Part shown: piece by piece, positions 1-9,872 of the stretch
How positions within the stretch are numbered: the stretch's first letter is position 1
Layout: each line of letters opens with the position of its first letter
Program-made: the position numbers and the translations under genes
Notes under the pieces: generated by a model
Told to the model about the DNA's origin: nothing
Seen by the model: only the letters and a program-made list of their open reading frames with translations
Database searches by the model: none
Assembly: GCA_963665115.1 (NCBI GenBank)
Contig: OY762007.1
Span: 7,328,001-7,392,000, forward strand
Direction: 5' to 3'
Length of the DNA: 64,000 nucleotides
Origin: an uncultured Rivularia sp.
Lineage (GTDB): Bacteria; Cyanobacteriota; Cyanobacteriia; Cyanobacteriales; Nostocaceae

Positions 1-409
1 CTTTCATTTTGGCTCTGGTTTTATCAAGGGTGTCGCTGGGAGACATTAATTCAACTACAAAATCCGGACATAAGGGAGCAAATCTTTCTTGCTCTTCTTC
101 CGTCAAAGCATCCCATCTTTCCATTTTCACCCAAGATGCATCCGGGCTACGCTCTGCACCATTAGGAAGTTTGAAGCCAGTAGAAGAATCGAAGCTTTTA
201 CCCAATTTATTTTTCCGATTCCAACCCGTTAACTGATAATTCAAATCGGAATTTCTGTTACCAGTAATACTTCCCGTTGGTGACATAATAATTAATTCTC
301 CCGAAGCCGTGCGCTCAAATCTCATGTCTGGGTTATTTTGACAAAGTAGAAAAAACTGCTCGTCAGTTAAGTTGATATTATCAAGGTCTAATTCAAAAGC
401 AATATTCAT
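1..409 (-). CDS. Uma2 family (PD-(D/E)XK) endonuclease, 3' end outside window
   Basis: Reverse strand from ATG at 409 reads MNIAFELDLDNINLTDEQFFLLCQNNPDMRFERTASGELIIMSPTG...FDSSTGFKLPNGAERSPDASW, typical of cyanobacterial Uma2; not in ORF track because it is truncated. Confidence 0.9.
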   Translation of the reverse strand, partial: MNIAFELDLDNINLTDEQFFLLCQNNPDMRFERTASGELIIMSPTGSITGNRNSDLNYQLTGWNRKNKLGKSFDSSTGFKLPNGAERSPDASWVKMERWDALTEEEQERFAPLCPDFVVELMSPSDTLDKTRAKMK

Positions 410-550
410 AATTATTAAATTAGCAGTACGTGATTCTTTTATTTTAGAGATTTCGCAAGGGGGAAAGTTAGGAGGCGCGGAGGCGCGGAGTTAAGAATTA
501 AAAATTAAAAATTCTACCCCCTCTCCCCCCTCTACCCCCTCTACCCCATC

Positions 551-1096
551 TCACTCAACCCCGCGCAATTTCCGAGTATTCTCAACCAAACTCTGGGCAA
601 ATTTATCTAAGCGCTGAGACAATTTTTCGTCTAAAATTTTACCTTCTTTATCGAAGGCTTTCCAAGCTTGTCCAATGGCAATTTGTTCGGGAATCACCCA
701 AGCGTGTACCCAGCGCATGACGACGCGGATTTGATTGAGTGAGTTACTGTTGGATTGCCCGCCTAATATGCTTATACTTCCAACAACTTTATCGGACAAT
801 TCTTCAAAGCTCATCAAGTCTAAAGCGTTTTTCAATACGCCACTGATTCCACCATGATATTCTGGTGTCGCTAAAATCAACCCGTCGGCTTGCTTAACTG
901 TCTCCTGCAATCGCTTCACGTCTGGATGCTCTGGATACTCGTCTCCCCCATCACAAAATGGTAAATTCATCTGCCTCAAATCCAGTATTTCTACCTCGGC
1001 ACCAAAGGCTTCGACTCTTTGCGCTGCTATACTCAAAGCTTGATGAGTATAAGATTCGGCTCTTAGACTGCCAGCGATTCCAACTATCTTAACCAT
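551..1096 (-). CDS. NADPH-dependent FMN reductase
   Basis: GSLRAES and ATPEYHGGISGVLKNALD flavodoxin-fold motifs. Confidence 0.92.
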   Translation of the reverse strand: MVKIVGIAGSLRAESYTHQALSIAAQRVEAFGAEVEILDLRQMNLPFCDGGDEYPEHPDVKRLQETVKQADGLILATPEYHGGISGVLKNALDLMSFEELSDKVVGSISILGGQSNSNSLNQIRVVMRWVHAWVIPEQIAIGQAWKAFDKEGKILDEKLSQRLDKFAQSLVENTRKLRGVE

Positions 1097-1472
1097 GCTT
1101 CCTCTCTAATTCCTGACGCTACTTAAATAAATACTTTTTTGTTATAATTAACTTGAAGTCATTACGGCTATGAGTATGTTAGCGATTAATGATTTATAGT
1201 GTCAAATAGTTGTTTTTATGACAATTAGGTGTTATGGCGAACGGTAATTATGGATCGAAAATGTGTAAAAATAGTTACTATAAGATGTATTGATTATAAA
1301 AGTTTGAAGTATGCGTCCTGAAAAGTTGGCGATCGGATGAAAAAAATGGGAAACGTATTTTTTTTGTAGAAGCTACACTTTTATTATTGAGAATACAATT
1401 ATTTGCATTGTTGAAGACTACGGACATTAAAATTAACCCCACCTTACGGCAACAGACAAAGGGCAACTATCT

Positions 1473-3374
1473 ATGATTAATTTTGACAAAAAAGCGTTAA
1501 CTAAACATTCAACTCTCAAGGGTAAAGTTCTTTGTGGGTTGCTCTCTGCCAGTTTGCTGTTGTCAGGAGCTTTGGGTGGAACGCAAGCCTTAGCGCAGCA
1601 GAAAAAGGAAAGCAACGATTTAAGCTATGGGGATTTGCTTTATAAAATTGAGCAAGGTGAAGTCAAGCGAGTAGAGCTTGATGAAGCCGAGCGGATAGGC
1701 AATGTATATTTAGCGGAAAAAGATTCCGACAAACCCAAGCAGGTTAAGCTTCTCGATGACAACCGGGAGTTAATCGATCAGCTAAGAGACAATAAAGTTG
1801 AATTTGGGGAAATTAATTCTGAGAATAGTAGGGTAGCTGTTTCTTTGTTATTCAACTTAATGTGGATTTTGCCCTTGGTTGCTTTGATGCTGCTATTTTT
1901 GCGTCGTACAGCCAATACATCTTCGCAAGCGATGAATTTTGGTAAATCTAAAGCTCGTTTCCAGATAGAAGCCAAAACTGGGATTAAATTTGATGATGTA
2001 GCGGGGATAGAAGAAGCCAAGGAAGAACTTGGTGAAGTTGTAACTTTCCTCAAGCAGCCAGAGAAATTTACTGCTGTTGGCGCAAGAATTCCCAAAGGTG
2101 TATTATTGGTTGGTCCTCCGGGAACTGGTAAAACTTTACTTGCAAAGGCGATCGCCGGAGAAGCGGGAGTTCCTTTCTTTAGTATTTCTGGTTCGGAATT
2201 TGTGGAAATGTTCGTGGGTGTTGGTGCTTCACGGGTTAGGGATTTATTTAAGAAAGCCAAAGAAAACGCACCTTGCTTGATATTTATCGACGAAATTGAC
2301 GCTGTAGGAAGACAGCGTGGAGCCGGTATCGGTGGTGGTAATGACGAGCGCGAGCAAACCTTAAACCAACTGCTTACGGAGATGGATGGTTTTGAAGGTA
2401 ACAACGGAATTATTATCATTGCAGCGACAAACCGCCCTGACGTACTGGATGCAGCGCTTTTACGTCCCGGACGTTTTGACAGACAGGTGATTGTTGATGC
2501 ACCAGATCGTAAAGGACGTTTGTCAATTTTACAAGTTCACGCTCGCAATAAGAAAATGGACTCTTCAGTTTCTTTAGAAGTTATAGCTCGTCGTACTCCC
2601 GGTTTTACAGGAGCAGATTTAGCTAACCTTCTTAACGAAGCAGCTATTTTGACTGCGAGAAGACGTAAAGAAGCAATTACTCAGATAGAGATTGACGATG
2701 CGATCGATAGGTTAACTATCGGCTTAACTTTAAATCCGCTGTTGGATAGTAAGAAGAAGCGCTTGATTGCTTATCACGAAGTCGGCCACGCTTTATTAGC
2801 GACACTGTTGAAAAACTCAGATCCTTTAAATAAAGTTACAATTATTCCTCGTTCCGGTGGAGTTGGTGGCTTTTCCCAACAAACCCCCAATGAAGAGATA
2901 ATTGACAGTGGTTTGTATAGTAAAGCTTGGCTCAAAGATAATATTACCATGACACTGGGAGGAAGGGCATCAGAAGCCGAAGTGTTTGGTGATAAAGAAA
3001 TTACAGGTGGTGCTAGCAACGATTTGAAGCAAGTAACCAATCTAGCCAGGAAAATGGTCACAATGTTCGGGATGTCCAATTTAGGACTAGTAGCCTTAGA
3101 AAGTCAGAATAGAGACGTATTTTTGGGTGGTGATTGGGGGAATCGCAACGAGTATTCCGAAGACATGGCTACTCAAATTGATGCAAAAGTGCGAGAAATT
3201 GCTTTTTCCTGCTATCAAGAAGCGCGTCAAATTATGCGAGATAACCGGGCATTATTAGATCGTCTTGTCGATCTATTAATCGAACAAGAAACCATCGAAG
3301 GCGAACAGTTTCGTAAAATAGTTTCTGAATACACTGAGTTACCCGCAAAAAAATTAGTGACTAGTAGTTCGTAG
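1473..3374 (+). CDS. ftsH: ATP-dependent zinc metalloprotease FtsH
   Basis: Two N-terminal hydrophobic segments, Walker [25 protein letters not shown] zinc motif. Confidence 0.97.
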   Translation: MINFDKKALTKHSTLKGKVLCGLLSASLLLSGALGGTQALAQQKKESNDLSYGDLLYKIEQGEVKRVELDEAERIGNVYLAEKDSDKPKQVKLLDDNRELIDQLRDNKVEFGEINSENSRVAVSLLFNLMWILPLVALMLLFLRRTANTSSQAMNFGKSKARFQIEAKTGIKFDDVAGIEEAKEELGEVVTFLKQPEKFTAVGARIPKGVLLVGPPGTGKTLLAKAIAGEAGVPFFSISGSEFVEMFVGVGASRVRDLFKKAKENAPCLIFIDEIDAVGRQRGAGIGGGNDEREQTLNQLLTEMDGFEGNNGIIIIAATNRPDVLDAALLRPGRFDRQVIVDAPDRKGRLSILQVHARNKKMDSSVSLEVIARRTPGFTGADLANLLNEAAILTARRRKEAITQIEIDDAIDRLTIGLTLNPLLDSKKKRLIAYHEVGHALLATLLKNSDPLNKVTIIPRSGGVGGFSQQTPNEEIIDSGLYSKAWLKDNITMTLGGRASEAEVFGDKEITGGASNDLKQVTNLARKMVTMFGMSNLGLVALESQNRDVFLGGDWGNRNEYSEDMATQIDAKVREIAFSCYQEARQIMRDNRALLDRLVDLLIEQETIEGEQFRKIVSEYTELPAKKLVTSSS

Positions 3375-3482
3375 CCCTGGTTTTAAGCTCTTAATTCCAA
3401 GACTGAAGCCCTATTCAATGGAAGGTAAACGCATCTAAATTTTAAAGGTGCAGGTGCGACTTCAAACACCTGCACCATCGGT

Positions 3483-3514
3483 GCGATAGCGAAGCGCTGC
3501 TGCAAGCAGATCGC
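3483..3514. repeat. Small dispersed repeat apparently inserted in a HIP1 site
   Basis: GCGAT-agcgaagcgctgctgcaagca-GATCGC: the HIP1 octamer is split by a short insert, resembling HIP1-targeting SDRs of Nostocaceae. Confidence 0.55.
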
Positions 3515-3515
3515 C

Positions 3516-3654
3516 CTACAGAAAATGCTGATCCGCTAATCTGTGGTAGCCTAAAAAAATCAGGATAGGGTTCAAAATGGTTCAAAATGAAACTGAAACC
3601 CTCGTAAGACTGTACTAAATGGGTACCGTTGTTTCTAGAATAATTTTCCTGTAG
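3516..3654. mobile_element. Possible MITE with short imperfect terminal inverted repeats
   Basis: ctacagaaaat ... attttcctgtag; non-coding interior. Confidence 0.35.
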
Positions 3655-3728
3655 CTTATCTTTAAGTTAGGAATTAGCAATGCCGCAGTTATTATACCTT
3701 TGATCTTTAACCTCTAACCTTTGACCTG

Positions 3729-6515
3729 CTAATACCGTAAATTCAATTCTTGAAACGCTTCATCCGATTTGTGCAATTTCAACTCACCCGCAGGTTTCCC
3801 ATTAATCTGTAATTCATATTCCCCTTCTTGCAAGCCTTCTAAATAATAAACTCCCGCACCATTGGTAACGGAAAATTTTCGTATATCTTTTCCAACAGCT
3901 TCCACTCTTGTACCTGCTACTGCTTCACCTGTACTATCGGTAACAACTCCGGTGCGGGTGTAGGAACGGGTAAAGGGTATCATTATCGGCGTATAGCTAC
4001 CTGCTACAACGTCTACTGCTAAAGCATTTTTACTGGTATGCCAATCTAGGGGAAAACCAGCCGAATCCAAGTCTAGACGATAGCTTCCAGGTGGCAGACG
4101 AACTGTAATTCGGTCGCTTTTTACTTGCGATCGCCATCTTTTGATTGATTTATTATTCACCATTAACAGTAAGTCGGAATTATCTGTATAAATCTTTTCG
4201 CCGGAATCTCTTTTACCGTTATTATTACTGTCTAAAAACGGTTTAATTGTCAAACCACCTTGAGTGCGAAAGTATTTTGAACGTCTATCTCCTGGGCGAA
4301 TTCCCTGCTGTAAGTTCAATCCCGAAACCAAATTTATACTGAAGCTAGAATCATTTCTGGTTAAAGATATACCTTGATAGCGTCCTTGCAGCATAATACC
4401 GGGTAAAACCGTAGTGCCTAATGTTGCAACTAAGCCGTTACCTTGGGAACCCAAACCGTAACCTAACTCAGCTTGCCACAGATAATTACCGTCAAAAGCG
4501 CGTTGTGGCGAACGATACCGCCAGCCAAGAGTAAGTAAGTTGTTGCTATTACTGTTATTGCTGTGGGTATTGTAATTTAAAAGTAAAGAGCTTCCGGTAT
4601 TGGAATATCCAGCGCTAGATAAATTATAAGCAAATTCTGAAGAGGTACCGATTTCATTTCCCCGAAGATTTAATCCCAGCTTTCCAAGACGCTGTAATAA
4701 ATTCCATCGCAAATTGCTGTCGGTATCCAAACTAGCACGAGCAAAAGTATAGGAATTTCTACCGCTAAAGTTAAACTGCAATCCTCCCTCTGCTGGGTTA
4801 CGGCTAGAAGTATTAGCGAACAAACTTAAACCCGACGATACCCGCCAATTTACGTTAAAACGATTAGAAAGGCGATCGCTAGTAAATGATGCAATTAAAT
4901 CATTTGATGGTTGGTAGCGAATATTTGAAATTACATCTATTCCGTCACCCGCTAAAGCTGAAACCGCGACTTGTAAGGGAATATTTTTAGGACGATAAAA
5001 TAATTCTGCCAACCCTTTCAAAGACTCATCGTAAACTCCTCCGAATCCTAGAGTAAGATTTTCCGACACACCCAAACGTCTAGCAATACCGCCACGAAAT
5101 TCAGAGAAATTGCCCAATAAACTATCATTTACCGAAAAATCTCGCTGCAAACCACCAGAAACAACCCAAGCAGAAGCACCAGCAGGAATTTGTCCCGGTA
5201 CTGTGGTAAAAGTAGCATCGCGAATTTCTGGTTGTGCTGTTAATCTTCCTTGGGGATAAAGAAAAACGCGGTAGTTACCATATCCCCTTTGAGTGGTGAT
5301 ATTTTCAAAGCGGTAAATTTCAGAAGAATCAACCAAAACTTCCGCAATAACGTTATTACCAAAACCCTGCACCAACCGAACCAAAGTACCGGCTTCCGCT
5401 CTACCAGTTACAGTACGTCCGATTTTATCCGCTTGCAATCGCTGACGAGGATCTGAAGTACCACCAAAAGTTTGCGGAGGCTCAAATCCCTGACGTTGAA
5501 TAAAAGTCAAACCCCAATATTCTCCACCAGTTCCCAATCGTTGCCAAAAACTTGGTTGAGAACCCATAAAATAATCTGTTTTATCGGTTTGTCGTAAATA
5601 CTGTGCTTCCGAAATCTTCCAGCTTCCTCCATCCCATAAATCAGGTTGATTCGCACGTACAAACCACGAGCCATCAAAAGCCGTACCCACAGCTTGAAAA
5701 TCACCTCTAAAATTTGTCGAACCATTTCCGCTACCGCTAGCATCTATCCTTTGTTCGACTGCTGCAATATTCAAACTTCCCGGTTGAAAGCGCGGTAAAC
5801 CATCTAATATAACTGGAATTTCAGCTTGTCCGATTCTATTATTTCTTCTATTGAGCCAGGGTACATCAAAGACAACTGCATAATCCTCAATATCAAACTT
5901 TGCACTTACCCCAAATAACCTTTGTAAATCTGCAATTGAAAATACTAACCCTAATTCCGAGTCATTGCGAAGCTTTTCGGGATTGATACGAGTGACAATT
6001 CCCGGAGAGCGAACTTCCAACTGTCCGTCTGGTAAAGTTGTTACGTTCAACTTCAAAACTTGAATTACCGCATCATAAGGTAAAAGCCAGTCTTGAAAAT
6101 CAATTGCTTGCGAACCATCTTCATTTCCCCGTATCAAAACACCCGCTTTCACGTTGCGCTTGCCGATATTTAAACCTACAGGAAAAGTAGTGAAATTAGA
6201 TGAAGCGACATTTATCGGAGTATCGGGGGAAATTAAAGGTTTTTCCGCATTAATTTTATCTTTTAATCGTAAATTACGATAATTTTTTGTATTTTCGGCT
6301 TTACTTTGCCTGAATGTTTTAATTAAATCGTTAGAACTTTTATTTGTGCGTTCGAGATTTGTTCCTGTATCTTTTAGCTCCGAATTATTAACAGTTGATT
6401 GAGCAATTGCTTTCGGAACTATGTTAAAAGTGGCAATATAAATAAACGCTGACAGCCAATATAGTTTTTGCATTGAAAGGTTGAATAATAAATTTATTAA
6501 TGATTGTTTTTTCAC
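3729..6515 (-). CDS. Usher-like outer-membrane protein with C-terminal carboxypeptidase-regulatory/SdrD-B-like domains
   Basis: Signal peptide (..VPKAIA-Q), long run of amphipathic beta strands, plug-like TVTGRAEAGTLVRLVQ..YRFENI segment, FLDSNNNGKRDSGE and VTNGAGVYYLEGL..GEYEL domains; adjacent to chaperone and pilins; exact start uncertain. Confidence 0.7.
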   Translation of the reverse strand: MKKQSLINLLFNLSMQKLYWLSAFIYIATFNIVPKAIAQSTVNNSELKDTGTNLERTNKSSNDLIKTFRQSKAENTKNYRNLRLKDKINAEKPLISPDTPINVASSNFTTFPVGLNIGKRNVKAGVLIRGNEDGSQAIDFQDWLLPYDAVIQVLKLNVTTLPDGQLEVRSPGIVTRINPEKLRNDSELGLVFSIADLQRLFGVSAKFDIEDYAVVFDVPWLNRRNNRIGQAEIPVILDGLPRFQPGSLNIAAVEQRIDASGSGNGSTNFRGDFQAVGTAFDGSWFVRANQPDLWDGGSWKISEAQYLRQTDKTDYFMGSQPSFWQRLGTGGEYWGLTFIQRQGFEPPQTFGGTSDPRQRLQADKIGRTVTGRAEAGTLVRLVQGFGNNVIAEVLVDSSEIYRFENITTQRGYGNYRVFLYPQGRLTAQPEIRDATFTTVPGQIPAGASAWVVSGGLQRDFSVNDSLLGNFSEFRGGIARRLGVSENLTLGFGGVYDESLKGLAELFYRPKNIPLQVAVSALAGDGIDVISNIRYQPSNDLIASFTSDRLSNRFNVNWRVSSGLSLFANTSSRNPAEGGLQFNFSGRNSYTFARASLDTDSNLRWNLLQRLGKLGLNLRGNEIGTSSEFAYNLSSAGYSNTGSSLLLNYNTHSNNSNSNNLLTLGWRYRSPQRAFDGNYLWQAELGYGLGSQGNGLVATLGTTVLPGIMLQGRYQGISLTRNDSSFSINLVSGLNLQQGIRPGDRRSKYFRTQGGLTIKPFLDSNNNGKRDSGEKIYTDNSDLLLMVNNKSIKRWRSQVKSDRITVRLPPGSYRLDLDSAGFPLDWHTSKNALAVDVVAGSYTPIMIPFTRSYTRTGVVTDSTGEAVAGTRVEAVGKDIRKFSVTNGAGVYYLEGLQEGEYELQINGKPAGELKLHKSDEAFQELNLRY

Positions 6516-6916
6516 CTCTCGAATTTTAGATTACGAGAGTAATTTTATTTAAGTAGCTGTAATTGTACAGAAACAGAATTACTATTAACTCCAGTAATAT
6601 CAGCGACTCATTTATAGCAACTTTATAATCGAATGATATCCGTAAAATCCGCAATTGTGCCGTCTAACAACAGAATAACAGTGCATTCGCTATACTTTTA
6701 ATCAAAATATGTTTGCGTAATCTTGCTGAAGACAAATTTAGTTTATCAAAGCCATGATTTTTAATAGCGAAGGGTTTATTGCCGTCGTGGCTGAGAAGAT
6801 AAAAGCTTCCTTTATTAACAATTAATTTTGATTTATTCAAAGTGAATTAAGCAAAGTAAAGCTGTTAGTTTCTCAGTTTCAATTGATTAATGAATTTTCA
6901 CTTACGGGAGATATTT

Positions 6917-7489
6917 ATGATTCGTCGTTTAGCTTTAACTGCTGGTTTTGCTATTCTAGGTGCTGTAGCTTTTGCACCTAATGTTCAAGCTCAGACAGCT
7001 GATGCTCAACCTCAGACAGCAACAGCATCTGAGACAGTTCCATTTTCAGGTACTGTTGGTTCAGCTTGTACGTTTACTAATACTCAACCTGGTACCCTTG
7101 AAGCACCTGGAGCTACTCCGACATTTATTGCAGGCAATGTTGGTGTTTTCTCCGAAGGTAATGGAACAGCCGGTCAAACCACAGTGAACTGTAGTGGTGG
7201 CGGCTCATTAACAGTTGCTCAACCTAATCCAATAAACGTTCCACCCGGCTTTAATCCAGCTGTAACGCAAGCAATTATTGCTGTTACTACCGATACAGCA
7301 CCATATACCAGCAGTCCTGGTCCGAGATTTGATGGTGGCTCGTGGAGTCAAGTTCAGGCTTCTTTAACCATCCCCACAGGACAAGATCTTCCCCTTCAAG
7401 TAGGTATGATTGCGGGTGAGAGAAATGGTTCAGTTATACCTTCTGGTATCTATGAATATGAAGTAACCTTAACCGCTACTCCCAACTAG
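6917..7489 (+). CDS. Secreted pilin-like subunit (Csu/spore-coat-U-like major subunit candidate)
   Basis: GGAG RBS before ATG 6917; signal MIRRLALTAGFAILGAVAFAPNVQA; TVPFSGTVGSACTF, second Cys in VNCS, C-terminal SGIYEYEVTLTATPN. Confidence 0.65.
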   Translation: MIRRLALTAGFAILGAVAFAPNVQAQTADAQPQTATASETVPFSGTVGSACTFTNTQPGTLEAPGATPTFIAGNVGVFSEGNGTAGQTTVNCSGGGSLTVAQPNPINVPPGFNPAVTQAIIAVTTDTAPYTSSPGPRFDGGSWSQVQASLTIPTGQDLPLQVGMIAGERNGSVIPSGIYEYEVTLTATPN

Positions 7490-7700
7490 CTTTTTAGTTT
7501 TAGTTTTTAGCTAAATCTTTCCAAACAAAAAAGGAACCAAATCAAACAAGATAATGGCTCCTCCGTAGAATCGAATTTCACTTTTAATCAATCGGTTGGT
7601 AGAGCCTGCAAGCTTCCAGCCGATTTACTTAGTATATTCCGATATATTTTAATATCTTTTTCGCTTCTGTAAAATTACCCATCACCTATTTAAACTATCA

Positions 7701-8528
7701 ATGAATTTTGCTTCCATCAGGAAATTTTCATTATCTCTAAGTAGCGTCTTGCTATCTAGCTTCTTACTGTCGGGAATCGCCAAAGCAAATATTTCTATTT
7801 CCCCGATGGTGGTTGAAACTGAAGCCAAACGGGGACAAGCACAAGGTAGAATTACTGTATCTAACCCAAATTCTCAAAATTTCCGCGCTCGGGTTTACAC
7901 TTCACCTTTCACCTACGATAAAGAAACCGGATTTAAGACTTTATCTAAAAGTCCCACAGATTTAACACCTTACCTACAATTTTCTCCCAGAGAGTTACAA
8001 GTAGGTGCATCAAGCAAGCGGAATATTCGTTTTATCGTGCGTTTTCCGCCCAGTTTACCCGATGGCGAATATCGTACAATGATTTTTACAGAAAACTTGC
8101 AAAGAGGAACGGTAACAGAAACCGATTCTAAAACCAACGTCACCCTTCAAACTAATATTATTCCTCGTATCGGCGTAGCTTTGTACGTTCGTAAAGGCGA
8201 TGTTTCACCAAATTTAATTCCCGACAGCGCCAGATTTGATCCAAAAACCAACAAAATCCAGCTATTAGTTAGCAACAAAGGTAAAGCATCTGCAATATTA
8301 GCCGGAGATTGGCAGTTAAAGAAAGGGAAAGAAGTAATTCAAAAAGGAAATATCTCTGATACAACCGTTTTAGCTGAAGGAGAGCGTTATCTTACCGCGA
8401 AATCTTTAAATAAAGATCGGTCGAAATTAGCACCGGGAGAGTATCAGTTAAGTGGTGAATTAGGATGGGGAGTAAATAAGAAAGAGCGGATTCCTTTTAA
8501 CGTTAAATTGATGATTCCTACAAGATAG
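7701..8528 (+). CDS. PapD-like periplasmic pilus assembly chaperone
   Basis: Signal peptide; ISPMVVE, ITVSN, YLQFSPRELQV..RNIRF, LPDGEYRTMIFTE, RIGVALYVR, LLVSNKG motifs. Confidence 0.8.
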   Translation: MNFASIRKFSLSLSSVLLSSFLLSGIAKANISISPMVVETEAKRGQAQGRITVSNPNSQNFRARVYTSPFTYDKETGFKTLSKSPTDLTPYLQFSPRELQVGASSKRNIRFIVRFPPSLPDGEYRTMIFTENLQRGTVTETDSKTNVTLQTNIIPRIGVALYVRKGDVSPNLIPDSARFDPKTNKIQLLVSNKGKASAILAGDWQLKKGKEVIQKGNISDTTVLAEGERYLTAKSLNKDRSKLAPGEYQLSGELGWGVNKKERIPFNVKLMIPTR

Positions 8529-8547
8529 GTCATAAATTGAATTGATT

Positions 8548-8680
8548 TACAGCACTTTGCAGGTATATGAGGTACATTTCCCTACTCCCTACTCCTTACT
8601 CCCTACTCCCTACTCCCTACTCCCTACTCCCTACTTCCTCTAGAAACGATGTGTACCTCACTTAAATGAAATCTGCTGTA
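8548..8680. mobile_element. MITE-like element enclosing a (CCCTACT)n array
   Basis: Imperfect TIRs tacagcactttgcaggtatatgaggtaca ... tgtacctcacttaaatgaaatctgctgta. Confidence 0.65.
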
Positions 8681-8727
8681 TGTCCTTCGGACACGCTGAG
8701 CCGCACGCTCCGCGTGAACGCTAACGT
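8679..8727. repeat. Small dispersed repeat (related copies at ~17064-17162 and ~63191-63208)
   Basis: tatgtcc(t/ta)tcggacacgc ... gccgcacgctcc(g/c)cgtg ... aacgctaacgt shared between copies. Confidence 0.6.
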
Positions 8728-8764
8728 GTCTAACCCAACCTACTCGAACTAACAATAAATAATC

Positions 8765-8835
8765 AACCTCACCCCAACCCTCTCCTTGTTAAGGAGAGGG
8801 AGAGATTTACCTTTTTGTAAAGCGAGGGTGAGGTT
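8765..8835. repeat. REP-like nested hairpin between convergent genes
   Basis: aacctcaccc..ccctctcctt gtt aaggagaggg..gggtgaggtt. Confidence 0.6.
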
Positions 8836-8842
8836 TCATGGT

Positions 8843-9283
8843 TCACTGCGGCGTAATTGTCACGCTAAGATTCACTGCATAATTATAAGTTCCTGGGGTA
8901 AACGAAACCGGACGTTCTACCCGCAATCCTGCTTCTAAGTTTGTATTGCCAGTAGGTAAAGTTGCTGTAGCATTATTCCTATCGCTTCTAAGATCATTTG
9001 AGCCAAATTTTAAGAATCCTATTCTTTTTGTACCACCTGGATCTTCTGAAGGAGCGGATACTAAATTGGGTGATAAAACTGTAATTTGAGCAGTGGTGTT
9101 AGGGGGAACGTTGACATTAATATTGGCAGGCACTACCGACTCCAAAACTTTCAAATCTCCTCCCGATGTCTCAATAACACCTGGGCTGACATTGCTGAAT
9201 TTCACTTCAGCTAATGCGCTTGGAACAAAATTAGTAAAATTGGTCAGTAATAATCCCGAAGCGATCGCCAAACGGTACAACAT
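8843..9283 (-). CDS. Secreted pilin-like minor subunit
   Basis: Signal MLYRLAIASGLLLTNFTNFVPSALA; C-terminal PGTYNYAVNLSVTITPQ similar to the 6917-7489 product. Confidence 0.6.
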   Translation of the reverse strand: MLYRLAIASGLLLTNFTNFVPSALAEVKFSNVSPGVIETSGGDLKVLESVVPANINVNVPPNTTAQITVLSPNLVSAPSEDPGGTKRIGFLKFGSNDLRSDRNNATATLPTGNTNLEAGLRVERPVSFTPGTYNYAVNLSVTITPQ

Positions 9284-9382
9284 TACAAATAGCCTAGTAA
9301 ATCTACGCCGATTTTTATCGGTATGTCGATTCTTTTGTAGCTATTTATTCTTAGAATGCACTTCCGCGATATTACTTAAATT

Positions 9383-9599
9383 TTACTGACTTACCATAGT
9401 TACAGTAACCTTATAGATATAAGTTACTGGAGCAAACACTCGATTCTGCTTTAATAACATATCCACTTCTACAGTATTCTTACCCGCAGAAAGAATCACA
9501 TTATTACCGCTAATTTGACTTTTCAGCTAAGGTAATTTGATTTGAGATAGCAGTAAATACCATTGTCAAATAGAAGGCTGAAGCTGCACGGTTAAGCAT
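9383..9599 (-). pseudogene. Internally deleted, frameshifted pilin-like paralog
   Basis: Signal MLNRAASAFYLTMVFTAISNQITLAE, a frameshift in an A4 run, then SQISGNNVILSAGKNTVEVDMLLKQNRVFAPVTYIYKVTVTMVSQ*, which aligns by eye with the C-terminus of 8843-9283. Confidence 0.6.
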
Positions 9600-9700
9600 A
9601 AGCTGATGTGCAGCTAAATTGTATAAAACAAAATTTGGTAATTATTGTAGTGCGGGCATCTTGCCCGCTAATACTATACAAATTAAGTGCGTAACAACTT
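9599..9700. mobile_element. MITE-like element with internal REP hairpin
   Basis: TIRs taagctgatgtgcagctaaattgtata ... tatacaaattaagtgcgtaacaactta; internal gcgggcatcttgcccgc. Confidence 0.6.
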
Positions 9701-9872
9701 AATAATTAGTTTATCGCTCTTGGTGAGTTTAAGTAACATCACAAACAAAATAATATTACTTAAACTCGCCGATTAACTGCACCAAAATTACCTAAATTCA
9801 ATTAAAACAATCAAGATACAATAAACGATAGCTTCTTTTTCTCTTCCCTATTACCCATTACCAATTACCAGA

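Noticed and set aside
9..236. 75-aa plus-strand ORF
   Set aside because: Antisense to the Uma2 gene
1778..3079. Long antisense ORFs inside ftsH (and similar ones in pgk, herA-like, sigma, ftsI, glgB)
   Set aside because: Shadow frames of well-supported genes with no motifs of their own
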